IMG/VR virus record: IMGVR_UViG_3300021399_000125
Location: 34,175 to 98,174 of that record
Direction: 5' to 3' (one strand)
Length of the DNA: 64,000 nucleotides
Origin: a virus
Lineage: Duplodnaviria > Caudoviricetes
Shown: positions 43,542 to 54,276 of the stretch, one piece after another
How positions within the stretch are numbered: position 1 is the stretch's first letter
How the letters are laid out: every line of letters begins with the position of its first letter
Program-made: the position numbers and the translations under genes
Notes under the pieces: model-generated
Database searches by the model: none
Told to the model about the DNA's origin: nothing
The model's input: only the letters and a program-made list of their open reading frames with translations

Positions 43542-46500
43542 TTATCGCTGGATAAAGACGCCCCTGCGGTTAAATGCATCGTTCAATTTCGACAGAGTTG
43601 CCTCGGCCGCAATTGCGCCAAACCGCTGCGCGTCGTTATCGCTCATTTCTCCGTTGTGCGTGATTGTAACGGAGACGTTGTTGTTGAATACCATATTGTT
43701 TGCCTGCGGCGCGTGCGCCAGTGCAAGGGAGGGGAGCGGGCTTATAAGCCTGTTCAAATTCCTCATGTTGGACGGCGTGATCATCTTACCAAGCTTATTG
43801 CTCAGAACCTGGACAAAGTCAACAAGCTTGTACATGCCCTTTTCACGTTCGCTGTCAAGAATGGCCTCGCCCTTCTTCAGCACGGCGAGAACCTCTTCCT
43901 GCTTCAGAGTTGGCGCATTGCCGGCAATGCCACCCTGGTGGTAAACATCGAACAGCTTCCTGTTTCCAATCCACCACGTTCCGGTGTTGTCTCTGCGAAT
44001 GCCGGCGTGCAGAATCCCTTCCAGACGCTCGCCAAGAATCAGGTTCATCTTGTCGAGATATGCCTTTGTCTGTGTGTCTGCCCCGTGCCATGCCGCAGCA
44101 TTCTTTTTCATTGCGTTAACGATTGCAGAGACTATCTCCTGCGTAGAAACGGAGTAGGCGAGAGAACCGTCTGCGTTATACCATTTGCCACTGCTGTACT
44201 GCAGCGTCTTTCCGGTGAGAGATGTATACTGCTTCGCAAGGTCAGAATTTGCCGCGCTGAGATTTGCTCGTCCTGCATCGTCTGCAGTCCACCAATTCAG
44301 CGAGTTCTCCTTCATCACACCGACGATGCCGGTGTCGGAAGGTCCAAGGTTCACGTGGCTCTGTACGCCCTCCAGCGCCTCAAGGAATGAGCCGTAGCGC
44401 TCCACAGCAGCAGCGGCCTGATCCCATGCTCTTGTGATTGTGATGTTCAGGTCATTGCCGTATTCTGTGTTCCAGTTGATTAGCTGCTCATAGAGCTTGT
44501 CCCATCCGCCTGTAATGCGTACAATTGCCGCATTGTAAATCTTTTCCTCGCTGCTGTAAAGCTGCTCAAGGACTTCGATTTCCTTCTGCTTTTCTTTCTC
44601 GAAGGCCTCATAGTCCTTATCGAGCATATCGACCTGCTTGTCATAGGCATATTCGCTCTGCTCTTTCGCCAGCTCTTCCTGCTGCTTGGCAAGCTCCTCT
44701 TCGAGCTTAGCTCTCTGAGCTCTTGCCTCGCGGCTGTCATCCAAAGACAGAAGATCGATCTTCGATTGAAGCTTCGCAATCTCAGCCAGACGATCTGCCA
44801 CAGATTTGTCATGCTCATCTTGCTCTTTGGAGAGCTGCAGACTTTCTTTTTTGGCGTCGATGATATTTTTATACGCATCAAGCTGATCCTTCAGCTGCTG
44901 AATCTGCTGTTCGTTTTCCCACTTGAGCAGCGTCTTCGTAAGCTCAATGATCTGATCGAGCGCATCCGCCTGGTTGATATAACCAACGTTCAGCGTCTCA
45001 TAGTAGTCAGAGATAGTGTTGACCGCCGTTCTGCTCAGAGCTTTGATCTTCGTGATGTAATCATAGGCATCCTCGAAGTACTGCTCGGACATCCCGTTTG
45101 CGGTGCCAATGCTCTTTGCCAACGCGAGCGTCGCATAGACAGCACTCCAGGTCTCGCTTGCCTGTCCGCTCATTACCTGAGTCAGCGCAATGACAGACTG
45201 TACGTCGTTTGCCTGTGCTGCATGGAGTAAGCGCTTCGCATAGGTCAGCGCCGTCTCGATAGACAGTTCCTCTGTCCGCGCAGCAATCACAGCCTGCAGC
45301 GATTTCTCATTGACGACAAGCTGCCCGTTTTCGTCCATAAGGAAGGACAGATACTTCGGCCCGAGCTCAAGGATAGACTGAAGGCTGTCGACGCTGAGGT
45401 AGCCCGTGGTTGCCCACTCTACAGCCGCGTCTGTGAACCTCTTGTACACATCCTGCAGACCGTCAACTGTATCGTTGGCAATCTGGATAACGCCGTCTCT
45501 GGCCTCTCTCGCAGCTGTGATAAGCTCCTGCACAACGTCGTCTGCAATTGTATACCCGTTGGAGAGATACCAACGGATCTCCTTGTCAACGTCGTCCAGC
45601 ATGTCCTTCCATGCGTTTGCGATGCGCACGGAATCAGCGTCGACGTCAATCATGGAATCAATCGCAAACTTTTGGTCATCCAACAGATCGTTGAACCAGT
45701 CGCTTCGTGCTGTTGCAATGGCGTCATGATACTCCCACCATTTGTCCTGAAGCTCCTGGATATAATCGTCGTCGTCGGTCAGCCCTCTTGCACGTGCTGC
45801 ATCCGCCTCTTTGTGTACCGCGTCCATAAGTCCACGATACAGAGCAATGATCCGATTGATATCTCTGGACTGAGCTCGCACGTTGCCAAGCAGCGAGATA
45901 CGGTGCTCGATATCCTTCAGGAAATCTTCAAACAGAGACTTTGTCTTCTCGTAGACCTCTTCTTCGTATTTGTAGAAGTCCTCAAGCTCAATTTCTCCTC
46001 TTGCATACGCAGCCTGATAAGCCGCAATCAGCCAGTTGAGATAGTCTCTGACAGATTCTCTGTCCATTGCGAGCAGATGCTGATGGTATTTATACAGACG
46101 CTCAAATTCGGACTCTTGATTTTTTGTGGTGTTAGAAGAGTTGGAGTTAGAGCTCGAACTCGGCTTAGACCCGGAGCCAGAGCTTCCGGATCCAGATCCA
46201 GACCCGCCTCCGCCTGTATTCCAGTCGATTGTGCCACCGGTCGCAAACGCCGGGATGGCACGCTTTACCTTCGCGGAGCCGAGGATCTTCTTTGTTTCTT
46301 TGTTGCTGTAAACAACGTCTCCGCTGTTGAGATAACCAACTTCAGGGCCGTCCTGACCCGCAAGATATGCCTTGCCGTCCGACACGACGAGCTCCGGCTT
46401 CGGAGAACCGGTAGGGGAGTATTCGTCGCCGAGCAGAGAAAGACCGCGCCTCGCATTCCTGGTGCCGGTCGCATTTTGCTGAATTGCAGGCGCCTGACTC

Positions 46501-49500
46501 CCTTTCGTTACATATGTAACTGTAATCGTCTGATTCTTAACCCTGTTAAGACCGCTAAGTGCAGAAACGATTGAGTTGATCATCTCAAGCGTAGAGTTAA
46601 TTTGCTGCGAGTTCGGCTTAATCGAAACCTGCCTCGTGTCCTTTAAACCGGCCAGCAGTTGACCTGTTGCTCTTAACTTGGTGTCTGCGTCCGTTGTGTC
46701 TCCGGTTAACTTGAGTTCCCAATCGTCACCGATCAGACCTCTGACTTCTTCAACAGTCGATGTGACGGCTGCCGTCACATCCTCTCCGTTGAGATTCATG
46801 TTTATGGTGAAGTCTACGGTCTGGTCCTCTGGAGTAGCTTCTTCGACCGCTTCTTCGATTTCTTTCCCGTTGAAGTCAATATCTGGATCAATCTTAACTC
46901 CGACGCTTGCTGCCTGGTCAAAAATTTGTTGAATCTTATCCGGCGAGAACCCAGCCGTGAGCATATCATTGATTGTCTTCTGACCGAAATGCAGAACACC
47001 ATCTGCCATAGAATCGCTCAAGGTAACACCGATTTCTGCAAACTTTCTTCTGATCTCGACAAAACTGTCATCGCTGTCAATCGTTAACGATGACAAGGAG
47101 ACGCTGAACTGTTTGCGAATGGATTCGATTTTATCCTCGGCCACGTCAAGCTGGCGAAGTAATGGAGCAAGAGTTTTGTCGAAGCTAACGTCAGTAGAAA
47201 TATCATCGAACTTTAATCCAAATGATGATAACGCTTCGTTGATGTTTCTGATCTCTTCCTCTGTTGGGTTTAGAATATCACTGAACCCTGAGAGATTCAG
47301 CAGAGCGTCAGGATCGTATACTTTAAGAGGTTCTTCCCCGATTTCTCTGAGTTTCCCGTTAATCTGTGCAATGTATGAATCCAACTCAGACGGATCATCA
47401 ATTCCGAGATACTCCGCCAAAGATCCTCTTGATGTAAACAGACGCCCGTTTTCCGCTCTTTCAATAATGCCGTTTTCAGAGCTCATCAACTCAGAGACAA
47501 TATTGTCCATGCCCTGCGTATAATCTGTCATATACATACGCAGTGCCTGAATAATATTATTTAACGTCTGTTGGTCTAGCCCCATCCTTTCAGCAAACTC
47601 GTCAAGTCTGTTGTAATCATAAAGGAACTGAGACCCGTCCCACGATGCGATATCTGCATCAAGCTTTCCGGATTTGTTCGCTTCCTGAACGGCCTTTACG
47701 AATTCCTGGAGTCCTTTCGAGCCCTCGTCGTAATAGCTCTTAATCCCGTCCGCCCATTCTTTAAATTCACTTGGATCGCCAGTGAATCCAAAATAGTCGG
47801 TCAGAGCTTTGTAAGCCCTGCTGCCAACCTGACCGTTTTTATACAGCTCCTGCAGCTTCTCGAAATACTCTACGTCCTTTTTATAGTTCGTGTCGTAGTC
47901 GTCGTCGCTGAGCTTCTGATCGAGCTCTGAAAGCTCTCGGTTGGAGTCGCGAATCTGGTCCGCAAGTAAACCGAATTCTTCTGTCAAAGATTCAATCTTA
48001 ACAGATTCCAGATTACCGAGCGCGTCGCAAAGATTATCAACCTGTGTCGCTGCGTCTCCGGTTAAATGATTCGTCTCTTTAAATTCTTTAAGCGTGTTGA
48101 TCAGAGACGTTGGGCGGTCTTTGATCAGCTTTCGCAGTCCGTCATCAAGATGACCGAAATTTTCCGCAGAGATATCTACATATTCAGAAAGCTCCGGGAA
48201 TTGCTGAAGGAGATCGATTACTTCTCCAACCGACATAGATCCGCTCTGAAGTTTTTCAAGCGCAGAGGTAAGAGAGGAGATATCAGTCTGCAGAGAATCA
48301 ATTCCTTCTCCAACAGATTTAATGGCATCAGATGCGCTGTATGCAGACTCCAGCATTGCCTCAAAAGATTCTACAGTGGTACCAATGTCCTCCGCCATCG
48401 AGCTGAGAGAATCTCCACCGACAGTCCCGATTTCTTCAAGAATCTGCGCCTGGTTTTCTTCTGCTGTGGTTAGCGCTGTGACTTTCGGTTCTAGGATTTT
48501 AATTGCACCGCTAACAGCACTATAGCGTTTAACCTGGTCATTCGTTGCATGGCTTAACCCTTCTGTGCTGCGTACAATCTCGTCCTGTTCTGCTTTGAGG
48601 TCTTTATAGATGCCTAAGAGTGTTTCAACTCGTTCTTCAATAGGCCATTCTCTGAAATCGTCCGGATGGTTTATTCCATTTAGAGCGTCGAGCGCTTCCT
48701 TTGCTGCTATTTTCCCTTCAATTACGCCGTATGGAGTTCCTGGAAGGTTATTACGGAACAGATCTTCATAGATAAAAAGGCCAAGATCTGCTTTTGCAGC
48801 AGCGATACTATTTCGTACGTTTTTTAATGAATTATTTAATTCTCCGAGGGTTAGCTCTTTGTAGCTATCAGCGGTTCCCTCTACTGCTTCTTTTTCTTTT
48901 CCAAGCGCTTTTGCCAGATTTTCTGTCGCAATGGTGAGCTGCTCTTTCGACGCAAGATTGTTATTGTACGCCTCTTCATTTACACGATATGCCGCATAAA
49001 GCTCATAAATATTCTTTGCGTCACCTGTCGAAGTTGTACCAGCCTCAATTGCCTCCTGTCTGGCCTGTTGCATCTCTTTAACAGCTTTATTATGGAGGCT
49101 AATAGCAGCTATTGCCACAGTAAGAACCGCAACAAATGCCCCCATAGCGAGCTGAGCTGCAGAGGCGCTAATGCCTACGCTTTTCAGCGCACTTGACAAG
49201 CCGTGGAACACAGTTGTCCCGCTGGAGCCTGCGGCAAACGCTTCTTTCATTGTAGATATAGTTTTGGGAAGATTTGCTAGAAGCTTCGGGATCCCTTCTA
49301 GAAAACCAATTCCACTTCTAACAGTTTTCCAAATCGAATCTGCTTTAATAGTTGCTACCACTCCTGCAATCCCGAATAAAACAGTCTTCAATCCACCAAC
49401 CTTACTGATTAGAGAAGACACGACATCAAGGATGTTAAGCAGAGAGTCTCCGATATCAATAAGAGAGTTCAGGGAATCCCTTGTGAATGTACTTCTGCCG

Positions 49501-52500
49501 ATTTCGTTCAGGTGGTCCTTTAATACCGTGAGATGCCCGTTGATGCTGTCCATATAGACATCGTTTGCACGGTTCATCTCGCCGGCGGAATGCGTCATGG
49601 CGTCCATCGCGCCGGATGCTTCCTGCCAGTTGAGCACGAGGGAGTTAAACACATTCTGCTGCCTGGTGCCGGCAAGTGTTTCCGCAAGCGCCGCGAACTT
49701 GTTCGGATCGGTTGCCTGCAGTTCTTTGGCCACTCTTGCGATATCGTTCAGAATGTCATAAGTGTTGCGCAGATTTCCGTTTGAGTCCGTTAGAGAAACG
49801 TTGTTCGCCGTCAGAGCTTTTACAATGTTATCGTACTCCGCCTGACTCATTACTTCGCCCATAGAGTCAAGCTCAGTCTTCATATTCCGGATTCTTGCCA
49901 CGATAGTTCGCAGACCGGTAGAAGATTTGCTGATATTCTGAATGGTAGTATTGGCAGCGGTTAACATTGCGAGGGACTGCTCAAGCGAGTTACCGGCGCC
50001 CGCAAGTGCAGAGCCGGCGTTGTTCATACCCTGTGCCAGTTCGGCCGCAGAGATGGGGAAGTTATTGCCGACCTTTGTGATCTTATCCAGAATGGCTTCA
50101 ATATTGCTCGCGTCAGACGCATCGACGCCGAATGCCTTTATGATTGCAGTGATTGCGTCCTGGGCCGTGCTGACGTCAACTCCCGCAACGTTCTTCAAGA
50201 TTGCCGTATATTTCGACAAACTCTGAGATTCACTCAGAGTATAGCCGAGCCTTGCGTAGACAGTCGCAGACTCCGTGAGATCCTTTGCGGTCGAGCCGAT
50301 TTCCATCGCAGTAGACGCAGTGCTCTTTGCAAAATTCTCATATTCCTCAGCCGTGCCTTTTGTAACGATCTGAAGCTGCGTCATTGCAGAGTCAAGCTCA
50401 ATGGCGGAAGACACCATTTCCTTTACCTGCCTGACCGCAGACATCATCAGCCTCGAAAGGCTGAAATAAGAGGTGAGTGTTTTGGCGGCATTTTTAAGCT
50501 GCGCCGCAAACCCACTTACAGATTTACTTGACCTGTCGAGCTCCTTGGTGTTGTCCTTTATTACGGCAGCACCATTTTTCATCTCGGCATCAAAGTCTCG
50601 TTTTGTGATCGTTCCACTTTCAAGCTCTTTTTTCAGTGTCTCAAATTTTCCAATTTGATCTGAAATATTTTGAAAAGGAATAGAACTTGATTGAGATTTG
50701 AACTGCTCCAGTTTGCTTCTTGCATCATCAATTGCAGCAGATACCGTTTTAATTGCATTTTGGCTCGCAGTCGATCCAGGATTCATTTCCCCGGTTTCTT
50801 TTACTTGCCTTACTGCCTCTTCTGCCGCAACACTTAACTCTGCAAAATCGTTCTTAAGCTCCGCCAGCTGCTGCTGTAATTCCTTCGTCCATCCGCCGGA
50901 AGACGCCTGCGCCCTGATTTCTTCCAGCCGCTTCTGAAATTCAGCAATCTGCGGAGCATAGTCGTTATTTGTGCCGAGTGCACCCGTCCAAGAGGCGCCT
51001 TTGCTTGCCATAGTTCCGGAGAACGAAGTAAGCTGCGCCAGCGCTTTCGTCTTATCAAGAAGTCCGGATGTGCTCTCTCCTGCAGTTTTCATTTCGGCGT
51101 CGTACGACGTCAGCGATTCGATCACACCGGCAATCGCAGTCCGTAAGAGCAAGAATCTGTCGCTTGCCCCTTGAATTCCATTTCCCTGATCAGTCGCAAA
51201 TCTCCCGCTTGTGATGTCATCCAGAACCTCATCTCGAAGAACCTCAAGGTTGCCTCTCAGATTTTCGAGATTTGAAACGTCGATTTGGTCCTGGCCAAGC
51301 TCTGTGCTGAATTTACGGTAACTGGTAGACGTGCTCTTTAGCTGATTCTCCAGCTGAAGCAGCAGCCTCAGATACGCATTTAATCCGACGCTCCCGCCGT
51401 CGTCGTCTCCAAGGCCTCCACCATTGTTACCTCCGCCGTTGCCTCCGCCGCCAGGCTGGTTATTGATTTGGTCAAGAATCCTGCTTGGCGGCAGACCAAG
51501 AGATCCGCCTTGTGTCTTGTTGCCGCCGGAGCCGTTACCGGAGCCTCCGGCCGATTCTGCTCCGACAGGAATCGTCGGCTGCGCAGCCTTCAATCTCTCA
51601 GCATATTCGGCGGCTTCTTTAAGCGCAGCCGCATACTTGTCCATCTCCGCAACAAGATCCTTCATAACGTCCGTAGAAGATTTCGGGATCTGCAACTCAT
51701 TGAAATTATGGAGATCGGCCTTTGACAGCTCCAGTGCATTCAGCACTTGGTCTGTGTTGATGCTGCCAAGGAATGTGCTCAGATTTGTCAGGGACGCCTT
51801 ACTGATCTTCAGATCCTTAAAACCATCCAGACGTATTGCAGACAAGGCTGATAAGTTCTGAAGGTCCGGGATTTTGCTCACAGCATTCAATGCAGTAGTG
51901 AGATTCTCCATCGGGGCCTTCCCGATCTTGATCTCATTCATATTTCCGATACTGCCGAAAATGCCTCTGAGCTGCGTGAGTACAGATTCTCCGTTGCCGG
52001 CAAGATTCTGCAGCCCGCTCAACATCTCATTGATTGAGCCGGTCAGCTCTGCGATACCTTGTTTGCCGCCCTGAGCGTTGGCAATCAAAGTATTCAAGAT
52101 AGCGCCGACACTCTGAAGCGGTGCGGACTGCGCCGCAATATTTGCCAAGCTTTCCCGCGTCTGCTCCGGGATGCTCTCATTCGATGCGGCGCTCCCGATA
52201 GTGTTCTTTAAGACGTCTGCGGCAGATAGATGCTGAAGCTCGCCAACGAGTCGCTCCAAATGCTGAAACGCTTCGTCGATCTTTTCGATAAACGCATCGA
52301 CGCCGGATATGTCAAATACTCCACCTTTATTCAGTTCTGTGCCGTATCGATCATACAGCTGATATTTGACTTCTGCGATTGCTTCCTTGGCGGTCATTGA
52401 TCCGTTTCTGATCTCATCAAAAAGGTTCTCAAATCGCCCGAGTGGGCCTGCGTTGAAGTCGTCAAAATCATTCGCCTTCAGGAATGTAGTCAATTCCTCC

Positions 52501-53219
52501 TGCATTCGCATGAAGGTTTCTTCGTATTGCTCAATTTTCTCTTCAAGCGCGGCGATGCCGGAGCCAGCTTTCGCGTCTGCAGTTTCTTGCTGGCTCTCTG
52601 AGAGCGCCTCGCGCAAACGATCTGCGGCACGCTCAGATTCTTCAAGCAGTTCCCTTTGCCGCACAAGTTCCTGATTAAGGCCGCTAATAACGCCCTGCAG
52701 CTTTTCTGCGTCTGCTGGAACGCTCAAACGCTCAAACATTTTACCAACGTCAACGTCGGACGCTTTCAGAACCTCAATCGCATCAAAGATGTCTCGGAAC
52801 GCAGCTGTATTAAAGCTGGATCTTGTACCGATATCGGAGAGTTCTCTTACCTCATTTATGATGGAGGACAAATCAACACCGTTGATTTTCTCTACAAAGT
52901 CTTCTCCGACGACCGCCTGCAACGCATTGCCGAGCTTATATAGCTCATTCGCGCTCTTGCTGAGATTCTGCACATTGATTTCGCTGCCGTCATTTTTAGC
53001 CTTCAGCGCCAGGAAACGCTCATATTCGGCAGAAACGTCTTGAATTAGCTGTTGCTGGTCTTTCCAATATTTCGCAAGGCCTCCATCCTGGCTGCTCATA
53101 GAAGAGTTTATGATTTTGGCCATTGCCTGAGCCTGCGCAGCTACTTTATCCTCTCCGGAAAAAGTGGCTTGATAGGCTACATTAACATTGATGTCTTTAA
53201 ATTCATGACCTTGTGGCAA
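43542..53219 (-). CDS. Tape measure protein (3225 aa)
   Basis: TP901-like core (ELDSAMTQL...YARLGY...VGNNFPIS..ELA..LAGTRQ), long helical regions, C-terminal HQGG...EVLAVLKKGEAIL. Confidence 0.93.
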   Translation of the reverse strand: MPQGHEFKDINVNVAYQATFSGEDKVAAQAQAMAKIINSSMSSQDGGLAKYWKDQQQLIQDVSAEYERFLALKAKNDGSEINVQNLSKSANELYKLGNALQAVVGEDFVEKINGVDLSSIINEVRELSDIGTRSSFNTAAFRDIFDAIEVLKASDVDVGKMFERLSVPADAEKLQGVISGLNQELVRQRELLEESERAADRLREALSESQQETADAKAGSGIAALEEKIEQYEETFMRMQEELTTFLKANDFDDFNAGPLGRFENLFDEIRNGSMTAKEAIAEVKYQLYDRYGTELNKGGVFDISGVDAFIEKIDEAFQHLERLVGELQHLSAADVLKNTIGSAASNESIPEQTRESLANIAAQSAPLQSVGAILNTLIANAQGGKQGIAELTGSINEMLSGLQNLAGNGESVLTQLRGIFGSIGNMNEIKIGKAPMENLTTALNAVSKIPDLQNLSALSAIRLDGFKDLKISKASLTNLSTFLGSINTDQVLNALELSKADLHNFNELQIPKSSTDVMKDLVAEMDKYAAALKEAAEYAERLKAAQPTIPVGAESAGGSGNGSGGNKTQGGSLGLPPSRILDQINNQPGGGGNGGGNNGGGLGDDDGGSVGLNAYLRLLLQLENQLKSTSTSYRKFSTELGQDQIDVSNLENLRGNLEVLRDEVLDDITSGRFATDQGNGIQGASDRFLLLRTAIAGVIESLTSYDAEMKTAGESTSGLLDKTKALAQLTSFSGTMASKGASWTGALGTNNDYAPQIAEFQKRLEEIRAQASSGGWTKELQQQLAELKNDFAELSVAAEEAVRQVKETGEMNPGSTASQNAIKTVSAAIDDARSKLEQFKSQSSSIPFQNISDQIGKFETLKKELESGTITKRDFDAEMKNGAAVIKDNTKELDRSSKSVSGFAAQLKNAAKTLTSYFSLSRLMMSAVRQVKEMVSSAIELDSAMTQLQIVTKGTAEEYENFAKSTASTAMEIGSTAKDLTESATVYARLGYTLSESQSLSKYTAILKNVAGVDVSTAQDAITAIIKAFGVDASDASNIEAILDKITKVGNNFPISAAELAQGMNNAGSALAGAGNSLEQSLAMLTAANTTIQNISKSSTGLRTIVARIRNMKTELDSMGEVMSQAEYDNIVKALTANNVSLTDSNGNLRNTYDILNDIARVAKELQATDPNKFAALAETLAGTRQQNVFNSLVLNWQEASGAMDAMTHSAGEMNRANDVYMDSINGHLTVLKDHLNEIGRSTFTRDSLNSLIDIGDSLLNILDVVSSLISKVGGLKTVLFGIAGVVATIKADSIWKTVRSGIGFLEGIPKLLANLPKTISTMKEAFAAGSSGTTVFHGLSSALKSVGISASAAQLAMGAFVAVLTVAIAAISLHNKAVKEMQQARQEAIEAGTTSTGDAKNIYELYAAYRVNEEAYNNNLASKEQLTIATENLAKALGKEKEAVEGTADSYKELTLGELNNSLKNVRNSIAAAKADLGLFIYEDLFRNNLPGTPYGVIEGKIAAKEALDALNGINHPDDFREWPIEERVETLLGIYKDLKAEQDEIVRSTEGLSHATNDQVKRYSAVSGAIKILEPKVTALTTAEENQAQILEEIGTVGGDSLSSMAEDIGTTVESFEAMLESAYSASDAIKSVGEGIDSLQTDISSLTSALEKLQSGSMSVGEVIDLLQQFPELSEYVDISAENFGHLDDGLRKLIKDRPTSLINTLKEFKETNHLTGDAATQVDNLCDALGNLESVKIESLTEEFGLLADQIRDSNRELSELDQKLSDDDYDTNYKKDVEYFEKLQELYKNGQVGSRAYKALTDYFGFTGDPSEFKEWADGIKSYYDEGSKGLQEFVKAVQEANKSGKLDADIASWDGSQFLYDYNRLDEFAERMGLDQQTLNNIIQALRMYMTDYTQGMDNIVSELMSSENGIIERAENGRLFTSRGSLAEYLGIDDPSELDSYIAQINGKLREIGEEPLKVYDPDALLNLSGFSDILNPTEEEIRNINEALSSFGLKFDDISTDVSFDKTLAPLLRQLDVAEDKIESIRKQFSVSLSSLTIDSDDSFVEIRRKFAEIGVTLSDSMADGVLHFGQKTINDMLTAGFSPDKIQQIFDQAASVGVKIDPDIDFNGKEIEEAVEEATPEDQTVDFTINMNLNGEDVTAAVTSTVEEVRGLIGDDWELKLTGDTTDADTKLRATGQLLAGLKDTRQVSIKPNSQQINSTLEMINSIVSALSGLNRVKNQTITVTYVTKGSQAPAIQQNATGTRNARRGLSLLGDEYSPTGSPKPELVVSDGKAYLAGQDGPEVGYLNSGDVVYSNKETKKILGSAKVKRAIPAFATGGTIDWNTGGGGSGSGSGSSGSGSKPSSSSNSNSSNTTKNQESEFERLYKYHQHLLAMDRESVRDYLNWLIAAYQAAYARGEIELEDFYKYEEEVYEKTKSLFEDFLKDIEHRISLLGNVRAQSRDINRIIALYRGLMDAVHKEADAARARGLTDDDDYIQELQDKWWEYHDAIATARSDWFNDLLDDQKFAIDSMIDVDADSVRIANAWKDMLDDVDKEIRWYLSNGYTIADDVVQELITAAREARDGVIQIANDTVDGLQDVYKRFTDAAVEWATTGYLSVDSLQSILELGPKYLSFLMDENGQLVVNEKSLQAVIAARTEELSIETALTYAKRLLHAAQANDVQSVIALTQVMSGQASETWSAVYATLALAKSIGTANGMSEQYFEDAYDYITKIKALSRTAVNTISDYYETLNVGYINQADALDQIIELTKTLLKWENEQQIQQLKDQLDAYKNIIDAKKESLQLSKEQDEHDKSVADRLAEIAKLQSKIDLLSLDDSREARAQRAKLEEELAKQQEELAKEQSEYAYDKQVDMLDKDYEAFEKEKQKEIEVLEQLYSSEEKIYNAAIVRITGGWDKLYEQLINWNTEYGNDLNITITRAWDQAAAAVERYGSFLEALEGVQSHVNLGPSDTGIVGVMKENSLNWWTADDAGRANLSAANSDLAKQYTSLTGKTLQYSSGKWYNADGSLAYSVSTQEIVSAIVNAMKKNAAAWHGADTQTKAYLDKMNLILGERLEGILHAGIRRDNTGTWWIGNRKLFDVYHQGGIAGNAPTLKQEEVLAVLKKGEAILDSEREKGMYKLVDFVQVLSNKLGKMITPSNMRNLNRLISPLPSLALAHAPQANNMVFNNNVSVTITHNGEMSDNDAQRFGAIAAEATLSKLNDAFNRRGVFIQR

Positions 53220-53232
53220 TTTATCCCCCTTT

Positions 53233-53859
53233 CTACAGACCCACCTTTTTCAGCTCTACTGAAAAGTGTCTGTTAAATATTTCATTTGCCTTATCAGGAA
53301 ATTCAGTATCGTCTGCGTCGGTTAACTTTTCCTCAATTTCCTCATACGGAGAGATCTCTGCTACCGCGGCAGGCCTGCCCCAACGTGGAAATTTCGGGGG
53401 CGGGGTCCTCCAGTATGGAACGCCCTCGTTTGGATGCTGTCCAAACAAAGCAGCTTTATCCGCGCTGATATGATCTGCGCCGCCGTGCCATCCGTGCATA
53501 AATACGTCGGTAAACAGACCGTCCTCTCCGTTGTATCCGCTCCGATACCCCGACATACGTCCTACGTTATAGTCCATTCTCACCACATGGCCGTCACGAT
53601 ATTTTAAGTCCATGACGTCATACAAACTGCCGGTTCTGTCGGTATAATACATTGGCGTGTAGTCGTCATAGAAGTGATCGATTGCTTCCTTAAAAATCTC
53701 CTGTATGCGTTTGTCTCTGTATGTTTTGAACTCATTGTTCATCTGCTTGTTTGCGTGGTCTGCGGCTTGCATTACAAGTCGTTTCGTACGCTCTGAATCT
53801 CTTACGAATTGTTTGTGAATAGCATTTTTTACCTGACTGACGTCAATCGTATCAGCCAT
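53233..53859 (-). CDS. Hypothetical tail-completion/neck-like protein
   Basis: FY.DYTP..Y.RTG.L motif; position before the TMP. Confidence 0.65.
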   Translation of the reverse strand: MADTIDVSQVKNAIHKQFVRDSERTKRLVMQAADHANKQMNNEFKTYRDKRIQEIFKEAIDHFYDDYTPMYYTDRTGSLYDVMDLKYRDGHVVRMDYNVGRMSGYRSGYNGEDGLFTDVFMHGWHGGADHISADKAALFGQHPNEGVPYWRTPPPKFPRWGRPAAVAEISPYEEIEEKLTDADDTEFPDKANEIFNRHFSVELKKVGL

Positions 53860-53889
53860 TGTCATCACCCCTTCCGAACAGGGACTATG

Positions 53890-54276
53890 TCATGTCATCA
53901 TTTTGGATACAGCCAGGTCGATACATTTCAGGATCGTAGAAAGCTGACTTTGGTTGATGTTCTTACACACAGTCTCATAAAGATCGGTGGTATATAAAAC
54001 GCGGTACTGCGCATCCGTATCTTTCGGAAGCTCAACCGCAGCATAAGTTGATGTAATATATAATCTTGTGGAAAAATCCACCAGTTCTGGCAAGAATGTG
54101 CTCCCGTCCTTGCTCAGACCGGAAGAGACAATGGCGTCAATAAGGTCCAGCATCTCACGAAAGGGGAGAAACTGTCTGACATACAGCGTCATATTTTTGT
54201 GCCATTGAACTTTTTTGTACTGCAAATCTGACGGATTCGTAAGCATCTGCAGCTGTTCAGCAGAGATCACATTCAT
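53890..54276 (-). CDS. Hypothetical protein (paralog of 54276-54893)
   Basis: Shared motifs with the upstream gene. Confidence 0.7.
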   Translation of the reverse strand: MNVISAEQLQMLTNPSDLQYKKVQWHKNMTLYVRQFLPFREMLDLIDAIVSSGLSKDGSTFLPELVDFSTRLYITSTYAAVELPKDTDAQYRVLYTTDLYETVCKNINQSQLSTILKCIDLAVSKMMT

